Part shown: positions 61,583 through 64,000 of the stretch, piece by piece
Layout of the letters: each line of letters begins with the position of its first letter
Numbering within the stretch: position 1 is the stretch's first letter
NCBI GenBank assembly: GCA_028289135.1
Contig: JAQGGW010000001.1
Coordinates: 76,018 to 140,017, forward strand
Direction of reading: 5' to 3'
Length of the DNA: 64,000 nucleotides
Source: Candidatus Saccharimonadota bacterium
GTDB taxonomy: Bacteria > Patescibacteriota > Saccharimonadia > Saccharimonadales > JACDBH01
Translations under genes and position numbers: made by a program
Notes under the pieces: generated by a model
Told to the model about the DNA's origin: nothing
Seen by the model: only the letters and a program-made list of their open reading frames with translations
Database searches by the model: none

Positions 61583-61765
61583 AAAATAAAAAGTCACCTT
61601 ATTTAGATCCTGGATCCATCACGGTTGACGGAGGTACCATCCAGATTCCTTTAAGGTGACCTTAAAAGCACTTACTTTGCGGGGTTTACGGTTCGCATCC
61701 GGCAGGTTCTACTATCCTTCGATTTCTTCCTGCTGCTCAGTGGTTGATTGCCACTTCTAACGCAT
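61583..61765 (-). promoter_or_regulatory. T-box riboswitch, Ile (AUC) specifier, ultrashort stem I
   Basis: Minus strand: GA-AGUGG-CA(AUC)AA-CCACU-GA stem I; GCAGG..AGUA..GAACCUGC stem II; CCGUA pseudoknot-like segment; antiterminator GGA-UGGUACC-UCC...GGA-UCC. Confidence 0.85.
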
Positions 61766-61922
61766 TTCTATACTAATTCTATCTGTCTTACTCTGAAACT
61801 ACAATAGCCTCAGGCTCTTCACGAACAAAGCGTACGTGGTTGCCGTTCCTGCGAAGTGCAGTTTCTGCAACCCTACGTAAACTAGCTACTGAATCCTGGC
61901 ATGCAGGACCTCTGTACCAGTT

Positions 61923-62138
61923 TCAATTCGTAATTGTATCAACAAGTCCCGCCTGAACATCGTTTGATCCGGGTTCAGTTGGAGCAAGTTTCGCCCTCCA
62001 CTCATCACCAGCAATCTCAGCTGCAAGAGTTTCTGGCATATAAGGATCTAAACTAAAGCTAGTACCATCGAATGAGAAGGTATAGCTCTGATAATAGTGT
62101 CCGTCTTGCGGCGGTGTTTCGTGTGCTAAATCTGACAT
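61923..62138 (-). CDS. Hypothetical protein, possibly truncated by a TGA
   Basis: 71 aa with upstream TATAAT; the frame stays open 44 codons past the TGA to a TAA at 61788. Confidence 0.4.
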   Translation of the reverse strand: MSDLAHETPPQDGHYYQSYTFSFDGTSFSLDPYMPETLAAEIAGDEWRAKLAPTEPGSNDVQAGLVDTITN

Positions 62139-62197
62139 AGAGATATATTATAATCTTTTTCTATATTTTAGTCAACTAATTATGCTATAATCCACCC

Positions 62198-62791
62198 ATG
62201 GCAATGTCGAATGAAGAGTTCAAAAGTAGCGTCTACTCACTTATAGGAAATAACCCTGTTATTTTGGGCGAAGATATAGGCATGCCGGAATCTATCTTGG
62301 CCGCTGTTGTACATACCGATTCCAACCATTTTACAGATATACAAGTCGCAATAGAGTCTGACCCCCTTACGCTATTAGAGGGCAGCTCTTCTCATGGCCA
62401 TTTAAGAAATGTTACCGGCACCTACCCGGGTGGGCCACGCAGAGGCGCATCTGCATATGATGTATATACTTCAGACCAGAGAATACTGTATGTAGACCCC
62501 GTTGAACTTCATCCTCGCCACGGGAATGACCTCGGTAGAAAAGCAATTCTTGAAGCTTTAAGAGATGAAGTAAAGGACATTAGTGATGTACGGTTTGGTG
62601 GATTTAGATCTGTAAGTCGTGAATATATTTCTGCTGTTAGGCTTATTAACCAGGCTGTAACTGTCGCCCGCGAGGCTGAATTCATGCGTGTAGCACCGGG
62701 TAGGGTCCATCTCGCATTTCGTCTGGTTTTAGACGGTTTACGCTCTGAACGATACGTATCACCCGCCGAAGCAATAAGAATTACAAGCTAG
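62198..62791 (+). CDS. Hypothetical protein
   Basis: 197 aa; TGcTATAAT 6 nt before the ATG. Confidence 0.6.
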   Translation: MAMSNEEFKSSVYSLIGNNPVILGEDIGMPESILAAVVHTDSNHFTDIQVAIESDPLTLLEGSSSHGHLRNVTGTYPGGPRRGASAYDVYTSDQRILYVDPVELHPRHGNDLGRKAILEALRDEVKDISDVRFGGFRSVSREYISAVRLINQAVTVAREAEFMRVAPGRVHLAFRLVLDGLRSERYVSPAEAIRITS

Positions 62792-62801
62792 CTACTGATT
62801 G

Positions 62802-62924
62802 AATCAGTGATTTATGTGGATGCAGAGCAAGGCGCCAGCGAAGCGCGGACCGAGCCGTATCAATAATACGGTGAGGGAGCACTGGAGTTGGCAACGCAGC
62901 TATGCGCCACATAAATCATTGATT
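62802..62924. repeat. Palindromic MITE/RPE-like element, copy 2 (family A)
   Basis: aatcagtgatttatgtgg / ccacataaatcattgatt terminal inverted repeat; core homologous to 3506-3631. Confidence 0.8.
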
Positions 62925-63182
62925 AGCGAAGTAAGCGACTTCGTTCATAAGCGGCATCTGCCCCGCGTCCCATCGCTGCAAAGTAGCCCCATCGCTACCA
63001 ATAGCGATTACGGTTGGGTACTGCACCACGTCATAAACATCAGCCTCACGGCTGCCAGCAATGCTGTCTACATCTGTTAAAGTCAGCTCCAACTCCGGAT
63101 AACGCCGCTTAAACTCATGGATAAACTCATCCACCAAGCGGTGTTCTTCCGAATCCAAACGGTAAAAGATAAGCACTTTCAT
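62916..63182 (-). CDS. Small thioredoxin-fold-like protein without CxxC
   Basis: MKVLIFYR..SEE.R.V.EF...DVDS..G..EA..YDVVQYPTVIA; TATACT just upstream. Confidence 0.65.
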   Translation of the reverse strand: MKVLIFYRLDSEEHRLVDEFIHEFKRRYPELELTLTDVDSIAGSREADVYDVVQYPTVIAIGSDGATLQRWDAGQMPLMNEVAYFANQ

Positions 63183-63197
63183 GGTTATCAGTATAGC

Positions 63198-63877
63198 TTA
63201 GTTCTGAGGTTCAGGAAAAGCCATGAATAAACGCGTATCATAGCGATGCCATTCTTCACCAACCATAAAGTCATGCTCACTAGGCTTAAGAGTTGGGCGA
63301 TGTATACGTTCCAGCTTACCAGTTTTTTTATTTAGCTCTTCGCTCTTTGGCCTTACTATAAAAGCGCCAGCACGGGCGTATGTAATAACCGCTGCGGCAT
63401 TACTAGCCCAGGTTTCTAGCCCAGTTCCTTCTTGAACTTCAGGTACATCACCATGTAACGCATATATTGCTTCAAGTGTTGCCTGTACGACTAGTAAGCC
63501 AGATTTTCTCTAACTGTTGAACGAAATGCAGTAGTTACAGGGTGATTTGGTAATTCGTCTTCCCTTTGTACGCCAGCCCATGAGTAGGCCTTCAGTTCGC
63601 CTTCGGCGATCGTACGGAAATTAATGAAAGTCCTGCCTTTTTCGAGCCAGCCAGCATTAAAACGTTTGCCTGCCTTATCATTTGGGCAAAACTCAACAAT
63701 ATCGTCCAGGTTTGCTAGTCCCATTATTTCCGGAAATTCTGCCTCTGTAAGCCCATAGCTCGCTCTTAAACCTAGTTCTGCTAAACCAGCAACTACACGG
63801 CAACCAGTTTCACTTTGGCTTAAAACACCATCGAGCGGAATAGATTCTTCAGAAAAAGTAATAGGAAAGGCTGACAC
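63198..63877 (-). pseudogene. Frameshifted GNAT-like gene
   Basis: ORF 63491-63877 ends FRSTVRENLAY*. The -1 frame from ~63509 continues GLLVVQATLEAI...LETWASNAAAVITYARAG...DTRLFMAF to a TAA at 63198. Confidence 0.65.
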
Positions 63878-64000
63878 CTTTTTAACTCCAATATTAATTA
63901 ACTATATTATACAACTATTATAGTTAATTGCATGCAATTTAGTGGTGAGCTTGAGCCAAATCTAGAGATGAGATGCCTAAAAAGATAAGCACTTTCAGGG

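Noticed and set aside
61923..61925. UGA-to-Gly recoding (genetic code 25)
   Set aside because: prmC and other intact genes end in TGA at the expected length, and the giant ORFs have no internal TGA.
62814..63080. 88-aa plus-strand ORF
   Set aside because: It starts inside the palindromic element and is antisense to a better-supported gene.

Overview
Chromosomal window that most likely comes from a Patescibacteria/CPR bacterium, probably Saccharibacteria. This is inferred from the short EF-Ts, the absence of pyrH between tsf and frr, many leaderless-type promoters and the giant 'LNFQGRL' surface proteins. The left 21 kb holds rseP, frr, tsf, rpsB, rpmE2-prfA-prmC, htrA, an LCP protein, lepB, parAB and a class-A beta-lactamase-like hydrolase, interspersed with AT-rich orphan genes. 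The centre (21.7-56 kb) is an island of very large secreted repeat proteins of 2881, 1593, 1040, ~1613 and 3203 aa. The right end holds rplU and a T-box-led GNAT-SGNH-ileS operon. The most striking unexplained structure is a cis-regulatory module upstream of the three paralogous 'LNFQGRL' giant genes, with near-identical spacing despite divergent sequence. It runs DnaA box, paired GTWGY-N7-RCWAC sites, sigma70 promoter, two-hairpin 5' leader, SD/ATG, a large RNA stem in the first codons, then a conserved GGCTATTCTCGTARTAGCC hairpin. The window also has two families of structured palindromic elements with apparent covariation, an ultrashort-stem-I Ile T-box, an orphan C-terminal module and a frameshifted GNAT. 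All family assignments are motif recognition by eye; no searches were run.
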